Assembly: GCA_030324005.1 (NCBI GenBank)
Contig: JARDVH010000106.1
Span: 28,434,698-28,498,697, forward strand
Direction: 5' to 3'
DNA: 64,000 nucleotides
Origin: Negaprion brevirostris
Taxonomy: Eukaryota
Positions 47,731 to 59,482 of this stretch are shown one piece after another (the first letter of the stretch is position 1; every line of letters starts with the position of its first letter). The notes under the pieces are model-generated. The model ran no database searches, was not told the DNA's origin, and saw only the letters and a program-made list of their open reading frames with translations. A program made the position numbers and the translations under genes.

Positions 47731-49979
47731 GGGTGGAATTTCCCCAAAATATTTCTGTGTCATAACAGCGAGAGAACAGGGATGTTCCGTGCAGGCCTCT
47801 TAGGGTGCTCTGCATCTCAATCTTTCAACACTTAGTGCAATGAAAGAACTTCCATGCAAATCACGCTGGCATGAGTGCAAGAGGCGCATGACTTGCCCAA
47901 AGTGGCTGCAGGTGTATGCAATTAACTAGGGGACCTGCATTTAAACACTAATGATGGACACTCAGTCAGTCATGCCAGCAAGATGGCACTTTGTAGAGCA
48001 ACTCCACAATTTACGGAGGGACAATTGGGATGGTTGCTGGATGCCAAGGAGGAGAGGAGAGCTATCTTCTTCCCCCAGGATAGTCAGCGACCCAAGGGTC
48101 GGGCTGGTAATGTAGCTTGGGAAGCAGTGGCAATGGCCATCAGTTCTTGCGCACTGACACAGAGGATTGGCACACAGGACACAAAGAAAATGAACAACTT
48201 AATTCAGGCAGCAAGGCTGAGTGTTCATCCCATCCTCACATCAGTCTCATCTGATGCACCTGAAATATCCATGTCGATCCACTCTCTGACACCCTGCACC
48301 CGATCCCCTAGCATCTTCCTCCAACCTGTATGCCCCACCCATCCCCTGTCACTACCCTCTGACAGACAACACCCCAATCCTTCCATCCATCAAGCGTTCA
48401 ATCCATTCTTTTTCCCCACAGGAGAAGATGGTCCATAACAGGAGGAAGTTGGGAGAAACTGATGATGAGGTCCCCAAACTGTGACTCCTAGCTCCCTTTT
48501 TGAGGAGTGTGCCTTGGACCTGTCAGGGGAGGCATCAAGTGCACCATCTACCAGCGTAGATACAGTCACCTTGATGGGACGTGTTAGTCGTGAGGCTACT
48601 GGGACACTTTCTAGTGAGTGCCACATAGGTGGAGCTCGGAACGTCCGAGGGCTCAGGCAAACAGAGGTCTCCTGGAACCGAGGAGACAGCTGGACCTGTT
48701 CTCCCAAAGATACTGGAAATGCAGTTCGTGAGAAGCTATCAGTAACATTCCAATAACTGCAAGGATGTTTGCCGGAGTCCCCTAACTTTCAGTCGCCGGA
48801 GGTGGTTGCAGGCCAACATGGCAAAAGTCGAGAACCTGAGGCAGGGAGTGATAGCCCCATGTCCTCCTGCTGTGGCCTCTATTGAGTTATCCTTTCCAGG
48901 CAGTCATCTCCCTCTGCCTCAGCTGCCACAAGTATAAGCACCAGCTCTACTAATTCCAATGTGAAATCCGTCTCTGCTCCAGGGGTGTGGGAATGTTGGG
49001 GGCAGGGTATAGTCCATAAGTTTATCCATCACCGGTGCCTTGTTTCCTCCCACCAACCATGTCCCCATGAGTCTGGATGCTGGTCACCTGACACCATCCC
49101 TAGTGCCATCCGCCACGCCAATGGGCTGCCAACTCTTGCCACATCCTCACCATGGCAGGCACGGAGAGCTCATGGGTGGCTGAGAGGTTCCCCATTACAA
49201 AACTGTGACTACAGACCACATGTTGTCATGGGTGGCCATTGTAGGGAGCAGTGCAGAGTCCATGCAATGTGTGGAGCTGTGTTAACACCTATAAGAGTGC
49301 CTGTGATTGGGGTAACAGCTGCCAGGCCTGGTGCTTGTAACTGTTAGTGGGGCTTGGGATGGAATGTCAGCAATAAGCCATTAAGTGTATCCAGCAGACA
49401 GATGCCAGGAGAACCAGAGTGATATTAGTAGGGTTGGGACTCTATCTAAGGGGCTACCCTTTGGTGGTCATCCAGCATGCAGGAGGAATGTGCACAGTGT
49501 AAGCCCCAAGCAGTGGTGACTCCCAATCCAAGGCTCCTCCCCCAGACTGCCACCAGCCCCACCCAACCCTTGCACCCATTCTGCACCATGGCAATGACTG
49601 AGACCTCCACAGGCACCTGTGCCCGTGCCCTTGGTGTTGATGCTCAGTGGTACTCCTCTCCTTCCTCCCCTTTGCTACTGCTGTGCCTGAGCTGCACTTT
49701 TATAGAGCACTAGTGATTTGTGTCGGTACAACTCATGCCAGAGAGGTGGGAAGCATTCAGGAGGAGGACAGCAGCCGGGCCGAGCTTGCTAATGATATTG
49801 AAACTCACTAAAATGTATGCTAATAAGTTTTGCGCCTTTTCTGGGTGCAAAGCAGTTGGCGCCATTGGAAAGATAGTAAAAGATTACTCACCAGGGACGT
49901 TCGATATTTCGCTTTGCACAGTATTTTCCCAGCTCGCCATGCTGATCAACAGGTACAGCAAGTTAGTAAGATCATGCCC
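47731..49979 (+). mobile_element. PIF/Harbinger DNA transposon, decayed
   Basis: Ends GGGTGGAATTT...AAGATCATGCCC (imperfect GGG-initiated TIRs), ATA 3-bp TSD (47728-47730, 49980-49982), and an internal Myb/SANT gene remnant. Confidence 0.75.
47983..48484 (+). pseudogene. Harbinger Myb/SANT-like (MSANTD/NAIF1-type) gene remnant, two exons
   Basis: Exon 47983-48216 reads MALCRATPQFTEGQLGWLLDAKEERRAIFFP...AWEAVAMAISS...QRIGTQDTKKMNNLIQAAR. The donor reads CTGAGT (GT lost). Acceptor ccccacag|48422 gives EKMVHNRRKLGETDDEVPKL*. Confidence 0.75.
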
Positions 49980-50124
49980 ATAAAATCAGAAGAGCTGGAA
50001 AACGCTCAGCAAAACAGGCAACATCTGGAGAGAGAAACCAAGAAAAATAAAGAATGATGTTTGGATGCCTGACACACTGAGGGTTTTGCAGTATTCTCTG
50101 GTTTTATTTTACTATAAATTCACC

Positions 50125-50340
50125 AGCAACTTGCATTTATATAGCAACTTTGACACAGTAAAAATATCCCAAGGCACTTCACAGGAACATAATCAATTTG
50201 TTACCAGCCATATAAAGAGATATTAGATGACTAAAAACTTAATTGAAGAGGTAAGTTTCAAGGAGCATCCTAAAAGAGAGGTGAGAGAAATTTAGGGAGG
50301 AAATTCCAGAGTTTAAGATGTTGGCAGCTGAAGGCATCAT
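50125..50340 (-). mobile_element. L2 3' end
   Basis: CAACTTGCATTTATATAGC...CCCAAGGCACTTCACAGG...TTTAGGGAGGAAATTCCAGAG. Confidence 0.75.
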
Positions 50341-50567
50341 ACTAAGAGTAATCAGACAGTATTATGAGTGCTGAGAGTATGAGCTTTTTGTCTTCTGACC
50401 CTGTGATGTTGTTAGTAAAATCATTCTGCAGTACAAACTGGATGGTTTCATCAAGAGGCACATCTGTGCAGGAGTGAGGCACAAACAAGGTATTCAGTAA
50501 AGGTTAAGCAATGTCAATGGCTTATTAATAGGCATCTGGTTAACAAAACATTTTTCTTTTTGTTTAG

Positions 50568-50645
50568 GAATCTGTCCCTAGTGTAAGTGATCATTATGTC
50601 AAAATACAGGTCAAAGTTTGTGCTTTCAGTCCTGTGAACACAAAG
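50568..50645 (+). CDS. CRYZL1: CRYZL1 coding exon 2: ESVPSVSDHYVKIQVKVCAFSPVNTK
   Basis: tttgtttag| ... |gtaagc, 78 nt, phase 0/0, GroES-like MDR domain segment. Confidence 0.95.
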
Positions 50646-51068
50646 GTAAGCCTACTTTAATATATGCATTTGGTATATAAAAATACTCAAACTAGAGGAT
50701 GCCAAATTTTGTTTAAACATGTTTTCTGGTGTGTTTATTATTTAACCTAATTCTTTTTCAACTTTTTTCCTTTTTGCACCAAACATTACTTTTATTTATC
50801 ATTTTGCTCCTCTTTTTTGTAAGTTTAATTTCCTCCCCATTGATATTTTGAACTTGTCCGCATGTGACTTTGGTCAAAAGGACAGACCCGTAACCTGCTT
50901 TGAGACATTTAGTCTCTACAACATATGAGTGCAATCCTTGGCACTTAGTCCTCTAATTTTTCCGACTCACTTTGGGGAAGCAATTGGGCACCATCCTGCA
51001 CCCTAACAGGATATAACTGCTAGGAAAGTCTCTGAGTTTGATATTGGAGTTTCAATACCCTGTAAGTC

Positions 51069-51093
51069 TGTTGTTGTTGTTGTTGTTGTTGTT
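51069..51093 (+). repeat. (TGT)8 microsatellite
   Basis: Visible directly in the sequence. Confidence 0.9.
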
Positions 51094-51999
51094 TCTACAT
51101 TTTATCTCTATTACTTTTTCTGTATGTTTCATGTTTTGGCTTTTGAATGAGAAACAGTTAAGGTTATCAGCTACTGCCAGTGTGATAGCTTTACTCTCTG
51201 AAATGAGCTAATGCTTTCAGGATGTTCACAAAATTGTTTCAAGATTTTCTTTGCTGTGGAAATGAACAAAGAGTTGCCTAAGGCCAGGTGTTGGACCAAT
51301 AATCTAAAGAAATGTGAGCTGTTCTGGGTGGAGGAAGGATGGGGTGTACATGCTAATAGAAGAGTTATTTGAAAAAATAATTAAGTGTTTTATTACTGTA
51401 ATGAAGTTTCATTATAAGGGACTATGTCCTGTTATGTCTATGTTCCTTTTTAGGCTTACTTTTGGCACTATTTTATTAGCAAGCTTGCTAATAATTAGCA
51501 AGTCTAAAATGACCAGCTAGTAGTTATCTTTAAAATGTATATGCAATCAAGTTTATCCCTCTTTTCCTCAATACAGAAGTGTTTTAATATTAAATTGTAA
51601 TTTATACTTTCATTGTAATGGAACTAATTTAATCCCAGTTTAATGCTCACTTTTAATGTATTAATGATTTGTGAGCCAATTTTGGGAGACAAATTTCTAC
51701 CAAGGTCAGGGAAAATTACATTCATTTTCTACTTGCATCTGGCTAAATATTTTAGAAAGAAGCAAATATCTGCATGTGCTCAGGAAACAGATACTGAAAT
51801 TCAGGCAGGTTTAACGCAAGATCAATATTCATGAACAAAGAAACAAATGCGTAAGTGTATCTTCTCTCCAAAATCCAGAAGATATGGACCCCACTTGAGA
51901 AGGCCAATGGTGGTCTGGACCTTATTCCATAATGCAACTGAACGCCAGAGCCCAGTAAAGAAACAAACAACTTGTCCCAACCCTTAAGCTAATGTTAAA

Positions 52000-52240
52000 T
52001 AAAAGTAAAATGCTGCGGATGCTGGAAATCTGAAATAGAAACAGAAAATGCTGGATAAATTCAGCAGATCTGGCATCATCTGTGGAGAGAAAGAAACGCA
52101 GTTAACATTTCAAATCCATACGACCCTTTGACAGAACAGTTCTATAGAGAGGTCCCATGAACTCGAAACATTAATTGTTTTTCTCTCTCCGCAGATGGTA
52201 CCAGACGTGCTGAGCTTATCCAACATTTTCTGTTTTTACT
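52000..52240. mobile_element. Palindromic Penelope-derived element (two ~100-bp arms about an axis at 52138)
   Basis: AAACAGAAAATGCTGGATAA...AGAAC-A-GTTCT...TTATCCAACATTTTCTGTTT. Each arm has a decayed GTT-CTGANGA...GAAA-CG-TT-AAC motif. Confidence 0.75.
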
Positions 52241-52410
52241 TAAACTTGTAATACTCTCGGCAAAGAAAAATCTCCTCTAGCACGTGGAATCATAGTTAGA
52301 TTTTTAAAGTCCCGTTGTACTAACTAACTGACTCTTTAAAATCTTAAATTTGCAGTTGAGAAGAAAACATCTCTTTCTTGGTCATTTAAAAAGTTTATTT
52401 TACATTTTAG

Positions 52411-52483
52411 CTGCTGATGGAACGGAAATTGCAGGAAGATTTTTTACCAATTGGAAGAGAAGTTGCTGGAGTTGTCCTTGAGG
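52411..52483 (+). CDS. CRYZL1: CRYZL1 coding exon 3: LLMERKLQEDFLPIGREVAGVVLE
   Basis: cattttag| ... G|gtaggt, 73 nt, PxGxExAGxV MDR motif. Confidence 0.95.
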
Positions 52484-53159
52484 GTAGGTGTATGTGATTG
52501 GATTTTAATGCAAAATTATGAGGTCTTTCTATCCTTAATCTCTGGTCAAGAGTTCATCCACAAAATGTTTTTATTTTAGCATAGCTTTTTGTTGCAAGTA
52601 AAATAACTCCCACTTTGAAACTTTTAGTACTATTTTGCTGGTGATGCATAGAGCAGCAGTGCTGAGAAATGATAGCATTCTAATGACAGTTATTTTCCCT
52701 CACAGACTCCATTAGGAAATGAAGCACAAGGTGCAGAGATTAACCACCCAAACTAGTTCCTAGATGTATGGAGACTTAGCTAATCTCATTTGGGCCAGTG
52801 ATGGGGACGTATAATTTTATTTCAGCATTCCTGTTCAAGGAAAAGTAAGATCAGCAAAGGTTCTGCCGATTATCTTATCTTTATAAGGAACCACACGTAT
52901 GGGCAAGAAGTGAACATTTAGTGGCTATTTTCTCCACTTAGCTAGACAACACTCATTTTCTAGATTTACAAAAATGTGGATGGTCATTTGGGCTTGGTGC
53001 TGGTACCTCGCACTTCCATTGTGTCTAAATATAATATTTAACACAGAGGAATTTTTCCTAGCACTTGTAACATTTGGAGGCATGAGGACTGGGATAATGT
53101 GGCCAAGCTGGTTCCCCAATGTGTTCTTTCTTCTTCTCACTTTTCCCAGTATCAGCAAC

Positions 53160-53425
53160 TGTCATACTCTGTTCCACCTTCTTCCATCGGGAAAAAGATA
53201 CAAAAGTCTGAGGACACAAACCAACCAACTCAAAAACAGCATCTTCCCAGCTGCCATCAGACTTTTGAATGGACCTACCTCGCACTAAGTTGATCTTTCT
53301 CTACACCCCAGCTATAGCTAACAGTACATTCTGCACCCTCTCCTTCTCTATGGACGGTATGCTTTGCACGCAAGAAACAATACTTCTCACTGTGTATACT
53401 AAGACGTGACAATAAATTAAATCAA
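53160..53425 (+). mobile_element. Rex1/Babar 3' end
   Basis: HTLFHLLPSGKRYKSLRTQTNQLKNSIFPAAIRLLN plus the same tail as 47597-47717. Confidence 0.85.
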
Positions 53426-55179
53426 CCCACCTGGCAGTGGTGGGAAGCTTGTTAGGCCTGATCAGCAGAAAATTAGTTGCAATTTTCCCATGTAAGTGCC
53501 TGCCACATTGTGTTTGCAGATTGTCAGGTAACATGAGATACATGCAGGATAGGAGGTTAGAGCACCATGACAAACAAATCTATTATTTTAATACACAAAT
53601 TGTCAGAGCTGAAGCTCTCCACAAACAGGCTTGAAGTGTCTATCAAATCTTCTAGAGACTGCAGTTAAGTTAGCATTGGTGATGAAGAAATGCTGGCCTT
53701 TGCCTCAATGTTCCACTCCTCCATTTTGTCTAGTTCTCGCACCAGCAGTGCTCTGCCAGCCAGCCTTACTCACTGACTTTCCCTTCTTCCTCCACCTGCT
53801 TCATTTCCTTAATCAATTCCAATCCTTCATGTGGCCTTTTAGTTGGGCGTTTGCTGTAAAATCATTCCAGGAGGCACTGTCTATCTGTGAATATGGCAAG
53901 GACCTGAAAACAGTTAAGTCCGGTGGATTCAACCCTAAAGTCACGTGTGAGACAAACAGTGCAAAGACAGCTTGTTTTCTTTTATAAAGGGCAATAAGAA
54001 CCAGTTGGGCTAATTGCAACATGATTGTTGTTGCTAATTTTTATTATTTCTAGTTACTTTAAAATTGAATTTGTACTAAATTGCAATTGAGATTTCAACT
54101 CATTGGATTATTTGTTTGTTATTGCACACTGCTGTAGCCCTCTTTCACATGCAGGAGCAGAAGACTGGGAGTAGAGAGGAAGATCAAGGTTGATTGATCC
54201 AGTAGAAAAGTGCAGCTCCTAACGTGAAATGCAGTCCCATTGATCACAATTCTCATGTACACCTTCTGCCCAACCAATTTCAGCTCCCAAATTGTGACCC
54301 AGTCTTGTATATGAATAAACCTCTCACTTTGCTGGAAAGCTGAAACCAATGGTTGTTGTAGTTGGAAACTAAAATTACTTTATTAAATACAGTAGTTTAA
54401 TTGTTTGAAACAATCTGCTTCCATTTAGAGGAACCATAAAAGCATTTAAAAACAGATGCATAGATTAGGGAGGAAGTAATCCAGCTTGCTCTGGAACTAT
54501 GCCTTTCTTGTGCGTTTTCCAGATTGTGACTTTGTCAGAAGAATTCAAGCCTTGTACTTTGAAGCTATAACACCATAGCCTTTATTTTTCAGCTGGGTGC
54601 TGGGGATGCTTTTTTAAAAAGGGAAAGTCTTTTCCTGTCACGGATTATAATTGCAGTTCTTCCAAAACAAACCTAGGCATAAAATGATAAACTTTAAAAC
54701 ACTACAACACTATCAGTTTTGCCCATTCCAAATAGAAGAAAATTCCTGACTTTGATCATAAATACCTGTTAAAATTTATTTTTTCAGAAATAGGAAATTA
54801 CAAATATGTTGAAGTTTTCTGCATTCATTTTCAAAATGCTGTGTTTTATTCCATGGCTCATTCTTTCTTTATTTGTGGGCCTTAGCAGTGATGAAGATCA
54901 GTCCTTTGACCATGAATAGCATCCAGTTTAAGCCCAAAACTATCCTCCCCTAAAAGTCAGTCAAACTCAAGTTGTAATATGTCACAGGATAGCAGTCAAG
55001 AACAGGATTCCTGATTGACTCCTCACTTTTATTGCCTATATTGTTACTGGCCACAACTGTGAAGCCTGTGTATCCCACTATGTTGATAGAGGGAAGGAAA
55101 ATAAAATTTCTGATTGTTTTTAGTCCTCTTCATCATTCCAGAATGGTGAATTTAATGGTAAAGTATTCTTGGACATGAA

Positions 55180-55350
55180 GACTATAAGAAATAGGAACAA
55201 GAGTGGGTCATTCAACCTCGAGTCTGTCCAGCCATTTAATAAGATCATGCTGATCTAAAACTCACTAAACCCACTTTCCTTCCCTATCTCCATAACTCTT
55301 AATTCCCCTATTAATTAAAAGCCGATCAACCTCAGTCTTGAAAATGTTCA
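55180..55350 (-). mobile_element. CR1 3' end
   Basis: CATGAAGACTATAAGAAATAGGAACAAGAGTGGGTCATTC...AATAAGATCATGCTGATCT. Confidence 0.7.
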
Positions 55351-55519
55351 AGGAGTGGAATTCTCAAAAAAATTGCATTCATTTGATTGTGAAGAATTCT
55401 TTGTTCGNNNNNNNNNNTCTAATTATTTCCTTTTCACAAATGTGAATAGATGAAATTGTCATCTATAATACACATTTTTTTGAAACATTATATATAATGG
55501 TCTTAATTTATTTCTTCAG

Positions 55520-55564
55520 CTGGACCAAAAGTGAGCTTCTTTAAGCCGAATGATGAAGTTGTAG
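55520..55564 (+). CDS. CRYZL1: CRYZL1 coding exon 4: (A)GPKVSFFKPNDEVV
   Basis: ttcttcag| ... G|gtaagt, 45 nt, phase 1/1, GxxVxxFxxxDEV motif. Confidence 0.95.
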
Positions 55565-55654
55565 GTAAGTGAAGCCAATACATGTTTGACATTTCCACAA
55601 ATGTTCTTTATAAATTGCAGTGCTAATGTAGTCATTGTGCTGTCCATTTCACAG

Positions 55655-55723
55655 GTATTCTGCCTTTGGATTATAAAGAGTCTGGGCTCTCCAAAACTCT
55701 GCTGGTTCATGAACACAGTCTTG
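55655..55723 (+). CDS. CRYZL1: CRYZL1 coding exon 5: (G)ILPLDYKESGLSKTLLVHEHSL
   Basis: tttcacag| ... G|gtatgt, 69 nt, phase 1/1. Confidence 0.95.
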
Positions 55724-55900
55724 GTATGTTTAAGTGCAATAATGTGATGCGCATGCTTTGTTGTATCTATAGTTATCATCATCCTTTTATCCAATTCCAC
55801 AAAAGAAATGAGTTTATTTTGGTTCTTGTGATAAAATGTGACCAGGATGTGTACGCACTAATTATTGATAAATTGGTTTCTATAATTTTCACATTTTCAT

Positions 55901-56520
55901 GGCTAGAATTTTACATCGCTCAAGCGGGCAGGTGTCCAACCCAAAAGCATGTGAAATCGTGTGAGAAGATATTGGGCGCGTGTCCTGACACACTTGTGCC
56001 CTATTTCAAGTCAGTGGGTACACGTGAGAGTCAGAAGCATGCCTANNNNNNNNNNTTGAAAGCAATTTTACATGATCTGGCTGGTTCAGCAGTTGCTGAA
56101 CTGATCAGTTGGCCAGATAGCCTTTATGTTTTATCTGCTACCTCTGAGGGTGTGATGAACTGTTTAGACTGAAATAAAATTAGAAAGGGCATCTGAGACT
56201 AAGGTTTGTGTGATATGTGCTGCCTAAACATTTTTGCAAAGTTTTACCATCGCAATTTATTTTTTGTACCAGTCTGCAGCTCCAGGGCAATTGAGGGAGC
56301 ACATTAGAAGCACAGCCGGCACTTGCCCTTTTTCTCTGCGCCCGTCATCCTCCCACCTTCACAGCAGTGCTGAGCCTTTCCCAGAGCAAGTTTCACACTG
56401 CCTATTAATTGGCCAGCCACTGTGAAATTGCGTTCAAGGTGCAACTATCACCAGAAATGCATTTTGCACCTGCTTCTGGGCTCGCCAAGTGGGCATGCCT
56501 GACATGAAAAATTCAGGGCC
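55901..56520. mobile_element. Non-autonomous DNA transposon (Harbinger-like MITE)
   Basis: Ends GGCTAGAATTTT...AAAATTCAGGGCC. A similar end, AAAATTCAGGCCC, occurs at ~44262-44274. Confidence 0.55.
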
Positions 56521-58393
56521 GTATCTTTTTTATATTGCTGTTTAAATATTAATAAATAGATTGGCCTGTCAATTTTTGACAGGTCCTTTCTATAATTCTG
56601 TAATTTCACAAGCTCCTACATAATGTCACTACTTAATGAAATGCTGAGAGATCTGGGGATACAAATGCAATGACAAGCAACTGGAAAATCCAATGATTTN
56701 NNNNNNNNNNNNNNNNNNNNNNNNNNNNNNNNNNNNNNNNNNNNNNNNNNNNNNNNNNNNNNNNNNNNNNNNNNNNNNNNNNNNNNNNNNNNNNNNNNNT
56801 TTGGGTTTTTCGTTCAAATATATAAGAAAACAATTGAAAGGAAATGCTGAATGTGTAGAAGAGAATGGGTAGGCCACAACCCCTGGGCGCTTACCAAGTC
56901 TGACTGCTCTGCGTCTTTTGTTGCTGAATTATCCTTCTCTGAGGTGTTTAACATTGCTTCATTCTGGATCCAATGGTATTCTTCCAGGCTCAGACTGGAA
57001 GAATAGTGTGGGATTTAGAAATGTATGAGGAGTCATTTAAACATCCACCAGCCAGTTGAATTCCACATCCTCGCTGTTCCATGATACCTTTGCTGTGAGT
57101 CCAGGATTAGTGAAGCATTTCGATTTTGTTTTTTAGCAGCACCTCATTGGAGCTGCTGAGGTGATAAGTATTCTGATGTTATTGCCATGTTGAAGATGAA
57201 GATTGAAGAAGTGAAAGACACCACCTGTCAGCTGAAGATCAATGCCATGTGATGAACTAAGGAACATGGGAGAAACTAATGATCCTAGTGGTGAATATGG
57301 GATAATTTGTCAGCTGTGGAATAATTCATTATCCAAGAGCAAACAACAAATGTGGAAATTTTCAAAGAGAGGAGAAAAATATTGGGAAAGGAAGGAGAAG
57401 AAAGGATAGTGAATAAACATACAAAGATTGCCACAAGGAATTAACTGAATCATTGAGAGAGGAAGAAGCAAAAAAGACAGATCCTATGCTGACAGAAGAA
57501 GTTAAAAAGAGGAAATGAGTGATCAACTTGAGCTATAATGATTTTGAGTTTGATGGAATAAATACAAAAATAATGTTGACTCCCTGGTATTCTAGCAATC
57601 ATCCACAAGGAAAAAGAGCTTGTCAGGGCCCTAACTGTCATAGTATATTCAGTTTGTTCTGAAAAATAAACTCTCTCCTAATAAAGCTGTATCTGTCTGA
57701 CTTCTTTTCACTAAGTATGGAAACAAGTGAACATGTTCATTCTTTCAGTTTCAGGGTGCCACCTCAGCAGCTGTAATCCATCAGTACATCTATAGTGTTC
57801 CTAATTAAATTAAGGCCTTCACGCATAGAGTTAATTGCGTAGATTCAGTGAGTGTATGTGTGTGCTATCAGCACATTTTCTGGTTGGATAGTCTTGATTT
57901 CTATGACAATCGTCAGAGGCCCTGCAGTGATTGGCCGTTGCCGTGGTAATTGTGAAAAGCTGAATAGGACAAAAAATGCATCAATTCTCTTACCCAAAAT
58001 ACCACGTGGGTGATCAGCTTTCTGATAAATTGTTTCCTTTTTGATGCATGGGTTTGTAGCTAATTGTTTCCTTTCAACCATTTAACCCATGGTGTGCCTT
58101 TTGAAGTTGAGGCCGTACAGTTCTGGTTGAAGCTTGAATCCATTCTGGTTGTTTCATGAAAGCTTCTCAAAAGTTTTAATGTTAGATCGACCCAATCCTT
58201 TTTCCTCTTCACTCAGACTAATATATGACTTTAGGGAAATGTCTGTCTTCACATATCTTTGCAAATCTACCTCATCATGCCTTTAGTCAACTCCTCTAAC
58301 TTCTGTTCCAGTTCCTTTTATTAATAAGTTACTGAACAAACAGTTTTGTACTTGTGTGCTATTTGCTTCTAATATGTTTGTTTTTAAATGCAG

Positions 58394-58527
58394 TAACTAA
58401 ACCTGAAAATGTGAGCTGGGTGGATGCTGCAGGAACTATTCGTGATGGATTGCGTGCTTACATGGCCCTGCACACACATTCTCATATTAGTGCTGGGACA
58501 ACTGTACTAGTAATGGAAGGAGCAAGT
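58394..58527 (+). CDS. CRYZL1: CRYZL1 coding exon 6: (V)[44 protein letters not shown] (gene continues beyond the window)
   Basis: aaatgcag| ... AGT|gtatgt, 134 nt. The six exons total 465 nt in one open frame. Confidence 0.95.
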
Positions 58528-59173
58528 GTATGTATTAAAAGCCTGTTGAGTTACAGTATAAGGTCTGGTTAGTCTTTGCCAGTTACCAAAACACAATAGA
58601 TTTATTCTCTGTTTAAAAAGCCTACTAATTGCTATTACCACACAATTGTAGAACAGTCAGGATTATCTTGTTCTTCAATGATGCAACATAAACCTGTTCC
58701 ATTGTATGGGATTTTGGTTCACTAATCTATTGTCCTGAGAGCTTTGAATTTGTTATTTACATCTCTTTTGCTGCTATCAGCAGACATCGTCCGTTATTTA
58801 AACTCTGTTTTGGACAATCTGTGATTGACCTTTCTGATCTGCTCAACCTCTGTGCTACGTATATCAGTAGCTGCTTTGTCCTTTTACAATGGTTTCTTTA
58901 TTGCATACTTAGATTGCCAGTGCAGTTTTTAGTATTCTCAAACATAAAATACTTTATAATAATTTGACCTCATCACTGTTTCTTGTTAAATTAATAAACA
59001 TTGAATTTCTGAAATCACTTGCAAATATTCAAACAAGATTTTCTCATTTTATGAACAATTTTTTTGATATATTTGATCTCTTTTCAATTCTGGAGTTCTC
59101 CCAAACCTGCCTAATCCAGCCTGTGGCGATCCAAGGACCTGTCTTCCCAGATTGTGATATCAAAAATCAATAA

Positions 59174-59482
59174 TGGCACAGTGTAGGCACTGTTGCCTCG
59201 CAGCTCCAGAGACCTGAGTCCCATTCCCAGCTTGGGTAAATGTCGGTGTGGAATTTGCACATTCTCTCCATGTCTGTGTGGAGGTCCTCCCACAGTCCAA
59301 AGACGTGCAAGTCATGCAATGGCCGTTTTAAATTGTCCTTTAGTGTCCTGGGGGTGTGTAGGTTAGAGGGATTAGCGAGGTAAACGTGGAGTTACAGGGA
59401 TAGAGCCTAGATAGGATTGTTGTCAGTGCAGACTGATGGGTCGAATGGTTTTTTTCTACACTGTAGGGTTTCTATGGTTTCT
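59174..59482 (+). mobile_element. HE1 V-SINE
   Basis: Head GGCACAGTGTAGGCACTGTTGCCTC, V-domain, and tail GGGTCGAATGG...CACTGTAGGGTTTCTATG. Confidence 0.8.

Noticed and set aside
57136-57165. TAGCAGCAC miR-15/16 seed-like sequence
   Set aside because: The rest of the mature sequence does not match and there is no suitable precursor hairpin.
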